From Thalia democratica (lineage: Eukaryota): 64,000 nucleotides of DNA. Each line of letters starts with the position of its first letter. Position 1 is the first letter of the stretch. The DNA lies in assembly GCA_965202585.1 (NCBI GenBank), contig OZ241829.1:1178001-1242000 (forward strand), in the 5' to 3' direction. A program made the translations under genes and the position numbers. Below the pieces are notes generated by a model that was not told the origin of the DNA, ran no database searches, and was given only the letters and a program-made list of their open reading frames with translations. Of the stretch, positions 23,201 through 35,200 are shown in pieces.

Positions 23201-26200
23201 TTTTTCTTTTAAAATAAAGTGTTACAAGTAATTTTTATTGGAAATTTTCAAAGAATTTTAAATGAATTTATTGAAAGTTACAAAAATTCTTTATTAACTA
23301 GGATAATTAAGTACTATTTTAGACTAAAAAATGAAAATTATTATAAAATTAAAAAAAAAAAATTAACTATAGCATACATTTTTTTTGTTGAAAACATTTT
23401 TTAAAGTATATCAATTTTAGAAAAAATACTTAAACACAAAGCTTTAGAACTTAATTAATAAGAAAATTATAAGGAAATGAAGCTAAAGTTGTTTTAATTT
23501 AGAAAACTAAAACAACTTAGGGTTTTGATTATAGTGTGTTACATTATAGCTAACAAAATGTAGTTAGATGTCAAATTATAAAACATTAATAAAATAAAAA
23601 CTAACATGACATTTTTTCTTGTGTTCACTTTTTAGTAAGTACATTTCATCGTCATGCTCTTCAATAAAATCTTTTAATTGATTCACCTAAAAAAAAGATA
23701 AATTCACTTTTATTTATATTGTACACTTACAACGCTTTAAAACTAGGATTGTTATAATAAACTTTATTATTTTGGTAAAATTGTATTTATTCTTTTAACT
23801 TGATATACAAATTGGAATTTTATGTTTTTAAATGATTTATATCATAATAATATATTGACAAAACACTTATAAACAACACCACATAAAAGATTTAATTATT
23901 CATACTAACCATACGAACCACTTTAAATAACTTTGAATACATTTATTCTATATATATTATCATAAAACATAATTAATTACTTTTATAAAATAAATTTTTA
24001 TGATAAACAGATTTAACCTTCTATACTCACCACAAAAATCACCTAAGCTTATCTTATAAATATGAATAACTTTTACTATTTTAAATAACTATTATTTTTA
24101 TTTATTTTTTTATTGCTAACCATAAAAACCTCTTTAAATAATTTTGAATACATTTATTGTATATATGTATTATCGTAAAACTTAATTTATTATTCTAATA
24201 CATGAAATTTATACACTTAAAAAGTTTTAACTATCTATAATCATCACAAAACCACATAAGCTTATCTTGTAAATATGAAATACTTTTATTGTTTTTATTA
24301 ATTTTTTTTTATTAATTAGATAAACCTGATAAACAAGTTGCTGTTTCTCGTTGTCAAGAGAGGCGTTCTGCATCATTGATTTCTTATATTTATCCTCCAA
24401 TAAGGAAAGAGCTTCCTGTAAGAGTAAAATATTAGTTTACAAAAAAGTACTTGTTTAATTATTTTAACACTTCAATAATCTTTATTAGATAGCTACAAAT
24501 GCATAATTCTGTCTTTTACTTTTAATCATAAAAACTAAAAAATAATAACCCACTGTGGTTTGGTGTTTTTTATCCCTTAAAATTTATCTGATATAGTTTT
24601 TGGATGGTGTTTATATACTTAAAATCTTAGCTATTAATAAATATTTTTGTTGTGGAATACTTAAAATCTTATAGATTTAGTTAAGTTTACTGAAACATTT
24701 TTATTTATATAATTGTGTTTTTTAAATATAAAAAATATACTAAAAGTTAGAACAATAGAATAAATTACTTTATAATTAAAATTGAAATTTTAATCTTTAA
24801 TTTAGTATCATAGATACGGTTAGCTAAAAAATTTCATAATATTTTGTTTTGTTCAGTTTAAAATACAATGTAACATACCTAGAATATAGTATAATATTTA
24901 GTACTTACTACCAAACATATTTTTTATATTTTGCTGAGCTGGCAGTATTTTATACATTACAAAAATAAATTAATAATTTTTCAGCTTGAATAACGTAAAG
25001 TATACTAAAAATAACATGTTTTATTTTCATAAATCGTGTTTATTTAGACAACTAGATGAAAATTCTTACATAAGTAATAACATTACATTAAACTAAAAAT
25101 GCATTTAACTATACAAAACTTTACAAAAACATTTTTTTAATATTTAAAGTTATTATTTGACTAAAATAATAAAAACATCTTTAAAGGAAATATAATAAAA
25201 CTTATTTAGTTCATGGACAAACATTGTTTTTAAAGTTAAATAAAAAAAATTCTAAACAAACTTCTTTTTATATGCTTAATAATATTCAAACAGAATATGA
25301 AGTAAAAAACTCCCTTATTAAAAACTTACTATATTTTCACACATTGGAATATTGTGAGACTTATTAACTTATATATTGTTATTGAATTGATCTATTAAAC
25401 TTTTATATAACTTTTGTAAGTTCACATGAGAATATTATTTTTGAGGGAAAGTTTAAGAAATACTTTATATCACAATATTTAAAAAGATAATTTTATTTAT
25501 TAACAAACTGGACCTAACTTTCATTCAGAGTTTTAGGCAGATTTATTAATAACCAAATCGTTTCAGTTTAAACTTTGTTTATTTTTTTGAAATTTAATAT
25601 CAATATAATTAAATATAGTAAAAGTAAACATAAAAATTATTTATCATCATTAATATTATACAAGTAATTAAAATTAAAAAACTTAAAAAAAACAGTTATT
25701 TGTACTCAAATAAGATAATGAAAACTACAATTTTAATTTTTATGGTAGCAACTTTTTCTCTCAATAAAGTAAAATCAAATATAGCAGACGTCTATATATA
25801 GAAACGCGGAAATTCCACATTATATCAAAGTAAAACAATTAACAAACTTCTAAAAACTTCCCAGACAATACACGTGATTACAAAGCCGCCAAACCACCGA
25901 CTATACATTTGTGTTTTGAATTTATACAAAACTTATTTTATTTTTTGTGCAATATGTTATATAGTAACAAACACATAAAAGTTTAAAAAAAAGTCAGTGT
26001 AAACGACTACATCAAAAGCAAAAAAATTATTAAAAAAAAAAATTATTCCATAAATTTTGTAAATAATTAGTTTAGTTTGTCTTACATTAAAATTGTGCCA
26101 TTTTTTATTAAATTATGTTTTTAGCCTTTATACTTTGTAACTAGCATACAGCCCTAAAGGTAAGCGGTTGAATAGTGATATATGCATCTAGTTAAACAGT

Positions 26201-29200
26201 TATTTCAATTAACTTAAAAATCTATATATTATCTTACCAGACATTTATGTATTAGTGCCAGACCGCTTTACCAGTAGTGAATTCCATACTTATGTAAAAC
26301 AACAATTGATATACTTGAACTATTCTTCAGCCCAACGAAATTTTGTAAATAATGCTAATTTATGAAGATGGTATAATTTATGTTTTTCTATATTACTAAT
26401 AAATTAAATTACTTTTTGACAACTAACATAACAACTTAATATGTTATTTAATTTATATAAAGTAATGATAAATTTATGTGAAAAAAATATATGTCAGTGT
26501 TTCTTAGTCTTATGCACATGGTTAATACAGTTAAGTTGTAGACACTGTTTAAAAAAATCATTTTGATAACTACTTTCATACAGAAAATGTAAAAGCTTGA
26601 AAATCAAAGCGTAAAATTAATTATATTTTCAAAGAGTGTGTCTATTAATGGAATATAATAGCCGCAAACAATGTTTTATGCTTTAAAAACCTTTTACTAA
26701 TATTTGCTAATAGCTTTTAATATAAATTTACATAGAAACTTAAGTAAAGAAAACCTAAAAAAAATACTTAAAGATTTTTTGTAACAACTTACAACAATTT
26801 TTATAGGTTATACTTTTACAAATACAATAAACAAGTTTTAAAAAAATCAAAATACACTTTGTATCCAATTGCATAAGTCACTTATAATCGTAACCAGTTA
26901 AGATCAAGAAATCGTTTAACAATTTGAAAATAAATAATTAACATATCTACAGTACAGTACAGCAAACTGAATTAACATATTTAAGCTAATAGGCAAGACT
27001 ATGCAACGTAAAACAAATTAAAAAAATTATTAGGAAATTTTACAGACTATTGATTTAATTTTTAAATCAAAAGTAATAACAAAATAATAATAAAATATTT
27101 TATTTTAAATCAATTGATTCATTTTGGTACACAGTTTTATTTTTTTCTGCATTTTTTTTTTTTGGTTATAACAATTTAATATTTTAAAATAAAAATTAAT
27201 CAAACAAATTTTAAAACCCTTAAATGCTGAATAGTTATTTTGTAAAATTAGAAACTAATAACAAAAAAATTAGACGTTCCACATCAATATAACCTAGGAG
27301 TTTTTTTTTTTGAATAAACTGTTGTTTAAACAAGTATAAATTATTTAATACAGCAGAATTATACAATGACGTTTATATTACGAACAAAGCCGCAAAAAGC
27401 TCTCAACAAGAAAAACAAACTACACTTATATAACTTTGATTTGTGATTTAAAAATATAGTTTTGAAAATATATTGAGTAATTTAAGGGTTTTATTTAAGC
27501 TGGTCTAACATGAAGGTAACTTTTATATGACAAACTATTACGTTTGTATTCAACAAATTTAATGAAAACATTTTACTTGAAATTTTTTACTAAATTAAAA
27601 ATAAACAGCTTTATTTAATAACTATCAATATAATGTTTGAAGCAATAAGTTATGATATTTATTTGTGGTTTTATCTCAGTTTATCTTGTTCAGTTCTGTA
27701 CTTAAAACAAAAATACTTAAAACAACAATTTACAAAAGCTAATTACTTCTATAACATTTTATAATTTTACCAGTATATATTATATTAAAGTTAACATTTT
27801 TTGTTTGATTATTTAAATTAAACAACTACAATTAAAAATAAGTAAACAAAACATTAAAATAAAACAAATTAAAATTCCTAAGTCATTATAAAAATAACCA
27901 TAGTTAAATCATTTATTAATTTTAAAATGTTTAAGTTTTAAATTCTGCATTAACTTACTAAAAACAGTTTAACAATATTTCACGTAAAAACCTCCTGTTT
28001 TTATATGACGTGACATTATATTAAACGAATTTACTGAAATTGAAACAATAAATCTACTGTTTGTTTATCTACTGCGTCAAATTTTAAAATGTCAATGTAA
28101 ATCAAATAAAACTTTGTGACATTTAAAAACAATGCAAACGTTCAGTATTATAAAATTTTGTTTCTTTTTATTTGTAAACAACAATAGTTTGTATGTTAAC
28201 GATAAGTTGTTATGGACTTTATAAACGACATATAAATCTAAAAACAATTTTTTAATGTTGTTCTCTGTAAATACCGAAAAATTATATACCAAAACTATTT
28301 TTTAAATTTCTGTAAAAAATTAAAATCATAGCAAAATATTTTTGTAATTAACAAAACGAAACCACTTGTATTTTATAATAGTCAAATAGTTTTAAGTTAA
28401 TATCACAAATAGAGGATTAGGGATTATTTTATACATGTTGTTTATGAAAAACTTAAACTTTCAACTATTTTAAAGCTATAAATATATACTCATCAAAATT
28501 TACAAATATTATACTGGTTTTAGGAAATTATTTTTTATAATAGTAAAATAATGATATGTTAAATTCGTTATGTTAACACTAAAAAACAAAATAGTTCACC
28601 AAATGTAAAAATGTTATAAATATTCTAGAAAAGACAAGACCTTAGTTTGATCAAGAATTTTTAATATTCTTTTTGCCAAGCTGAAAACAAATTAAATATT
28701 AATGGAAATAACAACCATGTAAGAAATAAAAACAAGTCTGCCTTTTTAATGTTAAACAACAGTTTTTTTTTTGTGAAAATTTAAGAAAAATTATGGCAGA
28801 TATAAAAACATTGTAAATTTATAGTTTTTACAAAAACTATAAAACACAAAACCTTGACAATATAACCATGTTATATTGTAAAAACTATAAATAAAAGATC
28901 ATTGTGTATAATTTTATAAGCTTTTATAGTTTTAATAGACGCGTTAAAAGTAAAAACACCAATTATTATAAAAGTTAAATCTAAAATAAACAACTAGGAA
29001 CACTATAAATCATTTATATATTTGCTTTAGAAGATTTTAACTTGAAAAACAGCTTTTTTTTAAACCTTTAAACGTAAAACTTTGAACGTAAAAACGATTT
29101 TATTTTAAATCTGAAATTTATAAATAATTCAAAACCACTTTGCTCAGTTTTTCCATTATAAAAATTACTCACCGAGTTTGAATAAAAACACAATTAGTTT

Positions 29201-32200
29201 TCAATGACGTACTTTGATAAAATAAACTTAAACAAAGTATGAAGTTTTAGTTTTACATTGAAAGAAATTGTTGTATATTAATTTTAGTACTAAATTAATT
29301 AGTATTAGTATTGTCTCCGAAACAATTTTTGTTTTAAAGGAATACTCTTCAAATATACCTTATATTCATTTTAGTAACTCCCAATTTATATTTAAAAATA
29401 AACTTTTCTTTTAATTTTGGAATGATGCCGTTTCAATAGAAGAAATTTAAGTGTCATAAAACTAAAAATATAAACTTTACTTTTATTAGAAGCGATTGTT
29501 TCGTTGTATTCAAAACGTTAATATTTAAAATAACTAGCAGGTTATAGCTGTAAGTCAAATGTTTGAATGTGTAAGCAGTTTTTTAACTTTAACTAATTTT
29601 TAACACACATTTTTCAGCACTAAAAACAAATACAGTAGTAAAATGCAAAAGTGACATTATAAAAGGTCGTTTTATTATTTCAAGGTGTGTTTTCATAGTA
29701 CGTGGTAGATATTGTTTACATCTTTTATTTTACGTAAAGGTCAAGATCACACTTGAAAATTACTTACAAAAAATTAAAACATTTTATAAAATAACTAAGT
29801 TTATCAACATGAATAAAGAAAGTATTTAATTATTTTGTATAACAATAGCAATCATAAAGTTAACTGTTAAAATAATTAAGAAAACTGCGGCTAAGACTAA
29901 AGCTGTATAATAAAATTTCAGACGATATAATAATGACAACTATTAAATCTATCAGAAATTATAATTTAAACTTGATCTTTGAGTGTTTCATAACTTGAGG
30001 AACTCCAACAGATTAAAAACACTCCAAAAATCAATTCACACTTGCTAATTTAAACTTAAACTACTTAAAGATTATTTTACATGGGTAAGTTAACTTACTT
30101 TACAAATTTATTTTATTTTATTTAACTTTGTACAAGTTTTTAACCAACTACTAATATACACTTAAATATTTAAAAACTGCCAGCTCTAAGCTTAGTCTCA
30201 GATACTTCTTACCATTTTTAATTTTTTTTTACTTTTTAATATTTTTAAATACTTTTAAAAACAACCAACCCTGAGTTCGCTCTCTGTGGCATTGTCAGTG
30301 TTGATATTCGAGATGTTCCCGTCAATTTTGTAAGAATTTGAAGAACTGATTGAATGCTGGATTGATGATGTCGACTTTATTGAGCTCTGTTGTTAATTAT
30401 GAAATCATAATCTTTTATATCGTATTAAAACAGTATTTTTTAAAAGCTAGGTCAAAATGAATCTATACTTGTAATATACATAGATTGTTGCAAAAAAACA
30501 TATTTTTTTTCTGTATCTCATTAAAATGTTTTCTAAAGACGCTATGTCAATTTAAAGTTCATATAAACATTCTATTTGAATAAGATTTATTTTTGCACTG
30601 ACGAGGTCTTTGACCAAAACTTAGTTTGTAAAATAAATTATTGAAAGAATAATTTCATAAACATTAATAAAACAACTCTAAGCAACCGAAAACTGGTATT
30701 CTAAAGTAGCATCTGGCGAACTTGCGTTCAGTAATTTTGCTTTTAATAATTTATCGAGAGCTGAAGTTATAAAAAGTTTTGTGATGTCATTGGTTTTTTT
30801 CAAGGTAAAACCTCAAAATATTGCAAAATTTATTAATATTGTAAATTAAGTATTGAATATCGTGCAAAAAGCGCAAAATAAAAATATTTAGTAAATTGAA
30901 CGTAATATAAATATAATAAAGTGTAAATAACAAAGTTGTATATTATTAACAAAACAAATTTGAAGTAAATTTAATGTGTACGTAATTCATGTATTACACA
31001 TGTAAACATATGTACTGAACATGTATATTCCACTAAGTTGGATAAATTATTTTATAAATACAAAACAAGTTCAAAATGCTATAAGTAGTATTATAAAACG
31101 AAAATACCAAAACCTTAATTACAGTCACATTTCACTGCACACTACAGATAATGTATTGCATAAGTATTAAGAACAAATATAAAGAAACGAAAAAATAACA
31201 ACAAACTTCTGTAAGAAAAAACTATTTATTCATTTTGAAAAGAATGCAATAAGTACACAAAGCAAAGTAATTGTTTACTAATTTGTAAATATTTACTAAT
31301 AATCTGAAAGTTCAATGACAAATAACACAACATACATATCAATTAACTAGTTAAATATTTACGACATTTCAAAAGTATTCAATTTATTTTTGTTGAAATT
31401 TTCAACAAAACAAATAATTTTACATAAACAAAAACCATAACTTATTTAATCATAGATTTACAATTTTCTATTGACTCTCTTTTTATCAAAGAATTATAAT
31501 AAAATAAAAGTAATATTTGTTTGTAATAACAATGATGAAAAACATATTCATCACACCATTTGATTTTTCAAGCTTTGTACCAAATAATACTTTTAAGCTT
31601 TTCTTTCAAAAACCTAAGTACTCTGAAATTAATTATCAATGAGATCATATCTATATTATTTACTTAAAAAACTACAGTTTCACTTACTAAAATCTACTTA
31701 GTTGCTTAGTTTCTGACAACAATTTACTTACATTAGTATTTTATTTTGAACTTTATACTTGTGTACACTATTTTCAACAATGTGTAATAACTCTTAGTTC
31801 TATATTTTTAGTTATAACTAGTCTTATTTACATTTATGAACTTTCTATGTAACATAGTATGTTATTTCAAAACTTTTTAAAATTATTTGTTATCTAACTA
31901 TTGCGTACTTTATACTTTAAAGGTGGCAATTAAAGTTCTCAACTTGAATAAAATAAAAGGAGATTGATCAATAATAAATTTTAAATTTTAATTATTATTC
32001 TATTTGAATAAGAATTTAAACAACTGAAGATCTCGTCTTTAAACGAGTGAAAATTTTTTTTGTTTAATAAGATTTAAAATTTATTATTGATTAGTTATCT
32101 AACTATAACAAATATCTGAATTTAATCCAATTTTTATTAACTTTGGTAAAGTATTTGAAACTAACCATTTAACTTTACAAACAAACTCTTTTTAACAGCC

Positions 32201-35200
32201 CATTTTTAATCCTTTCTAGTTTCTTGTTTAATAATAATAAACATTTATATAATATATTCAATTACAAACTAACCCTCTGTTTAGCGGCCCACTTTTTACC
32301 CTTCCTAATTTCCTCCTCCCTCTTATTAGCCAGCATAAAACCCCTCATGACATTCAACATGTTCCTCCTCTCCTCCACAATTTCCTCCAACGCTTGCTCG
32401 TACCTCAACCGAGCTCTTATCAGCGACACTTTGTCTTTAGTGTCACATTCATCTGTAGAATTGTCGCTTGTGTCTTTTTCCACTGAAGTTTTGTCATCAA
32501 TGTGACTATTATCGCTTTCTGTGTCTATTTTTTCACCTTCCAAACCTTCTGTTGTGTCACCTGGTAAATTGACACCAGTTTTGCTAGGTGTCGAACTGTC
32601 TTCAGTGTGAAATTCTTTAGTGCTGTCCGGTGGGGTTTCAATCATGGGAGTCAGTCGTTCTTCTACAGCTTTCCGTGGTTGTTCTACAATTTCTTTACAA
32701 GTATCTGTTGCAACTGGACTTGGATCATTTTGAGCATCAGAACTGTTCAAGTTTGCCTCTGAATAGAAATCAATATTTGTGCAATCATTAACAACTTCAA
32801 CATTTTGTTGAAGCACAGTTGGTATAACTTTAGTGAAACCACCACTATTAGTTTCAACTTGAGACTGAATTTTAGAACTATTCATAGTTTCCACGCCGCT
32901 TAACATCTTAGTACTTTCAAGAGCTGTCTGCAAAGCCTTCTTCACGATATTTTCACTGTACATCTCGTATTCGTAATAAGACTGAACTCCTTTATCTTCA
33001 GTACAGCTAGAAGTTTGAACCGACTTCTCATCAGTGTTCCTGTGATTGCTCATAATCACTGCTGCTTCGTTCAAACCTTTCTTGATAATATCCTCTGCAA
33101 TCACTTCAACACTGGGCTTTCTAACAATTTCTTCAATAATTTCTTCAATAACGCACTTTACTTCAACCTCAGTTTCAAGTAACGCGTCCTTATACTCCGA
33201 ATCGCTGTCATCGAAATTATCGCTCAAAACGTAACTGTTGCTCACTGAACTCGAGCAACTGCTGTCAACAAACTCCTTGCTACTTCCAACCAGCAACCTG
33301 AACTCAGCGTCTGGAGTTGACTTGCAACTGACAAAATTGTTGCAAGTGTTGAAGCTGCCTTCGCTTGAATTACACTCTGCTGCTGCTACTACTTGTTGGT
33401 GGAAGCTCGGATTAATGTTTAACTTCATGTTCAAATTGTTTGCTGGGCAAACACCGGAGCCTATCTCCTTTGTTACGTCACAGTCGGGTGTGCTTTCGAA
33501 TTGCTTTATTGCGTCATCGAAGCATTGTGACAGCAACTTGTCAGCGAAATCAGAATATTTTTCAAATAAATGGTTTGTTTCAAAGGGGGATTTGTCCTGC
33601 AGGTCGCAGTTTGATGTGACATCACAATTCGGTTCGCTTTTGCAACTGGTGACGTCACAAAGAGCATCGGTGGACCAACACTCGCTGGGTGTCGCAAGAG
33701 AGGTGCGCATCAAGTTTTCTCCCAACTTGCAAACAGTGAACTTATTTTCTGTATTTTCTCCTACACCTTCACAAAAATCTTCATTGCTCGTATTTTCATC
33801 GGAACTTTTGCTTTTTTCTTCTGTTTCAACTTCTTCTAGTTTATTCAAAGACAAATTTTCTTCTGAATGGCTTTTATATTCGTGTAAACTTTCATCATTA
33901 GTTTTAACATCTTCTAACTTGCACACGGACATATTTTCATCTTTCGACAAATCTTTAGAAACTTGCTCAGTTTTAGGATCTTCATCAAAACTCCCATCAT
34001 TTCTAGTTTCTTTCAACAAGCTCAGAGATTCAGTTGGTGCGAAATTTTCAAAACTGTCATCAAGTTCCGCTTTCAGTTTGTCCAGGGAGTTCGAAAGACT
34101 TTTTATGGCTTGTTTTTCTTCCTCGTTCAAAGCTGAAGGTACTGGAATTTCCATTGGCAGAGTTTCTTTTACAGAGCTTTCAATTTGTGCATCACTCACA
34201 TCCTCAGGTAGATCTTGCACCTCATTCTCATCACCTTCAAGATCCAGTGTGTTCTCTTCGGTGTTGATATTACCACTCAGCAACGAATCTTCAGTGTATT
34301 CGGGAGTCTGCAACGAATTCAAAACTTCAGAATCATCACCCACATTCCGATACAACCCGAAAATATTTTGATCGCTCTCATGATCACACCCGATGACGTC
34401 ACCCTCACTCCTGCTCAGCTTCCTGCTTTTCTCACCCAAAACCTCCTGATTGCAACCCGTTTCCTCGACCAGGTTGTTCAAACTCCTGTTCCTGCTTATC
34501 CTGATCCTCCTCAAAAGCTCGTCCCGCTTCTGCTGCTCCACCCTGCCGAAGCTCTGGTTCCTCCTGATAGTTCGCAGGTTTCGTCTGGGGAATTCCCCGT
34601 AGGTGTGAAGCGACTGGGTGTCCTGCTTACTGTCGTGGTTCTTGTTGTTTTTCTTCTTTTTGTTGTTTTGTTTCAGTGACGAGCTGCTGTTGTGTCTGCT
34701 GTTCTCGTTTCCCATTTGTTACTTTTATTATAGCTGACGATATATTGAAATTTTTTAACTCTAGTTTTGTTTATATAACTTACGTTTTTGTTGGTGTTAT
34801 TTATATTGAACAACTAGGAGACCTTAATACGCTTTTATTTCCTTTTGTAACTTTTTATTTAGTTGACGTCGGCTTAACAAATCGCTAATAAAACATGCTC
34901 TGTTATAATACTTTTGTTCAAATTTCAGTAGAAGAACTAATGTGTAAGACATAAAAATATAAGAAAAAGTTTATTTTTATTAAAATGGAATAACTAGCTT
35001 ATAGATAAAAGCTTTGAGAGAAATAAAACTACAACTTTTTTAAAATTCTTCAGAAAAATATATATAAGTTATAATTATTCATAGTAATATATACACCTTA
35101 TATGTATTTTGATAAAATAAAGTTTTATTTTTATGCTCAAGGAAAATGTTAAAAATAAATATTTGTAAATTTAAGCTATATTTTACAAGTATTTTATTTT

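Noticed and set aside
30678-30760. Minus-strand AG-flanked segment [26 protein letters not shown] as an LRRFIP exon
   Set aside because: Needs a phase-1 upstream donor that no supported exon provides; weak donor; no LRRFIP similarity.
33238-34371. 377-aa plus-strand ORF, plus the ORFs at 32224, 33046, 33506, 34034, 34215 and 34676
   Set aside because: Antisense or shifted shadows of the giant exon; the Ser/Leu/Phe-rich composition is what the reverse complement of Glu/Lys/Asp codons gives; no motifs or splice support.
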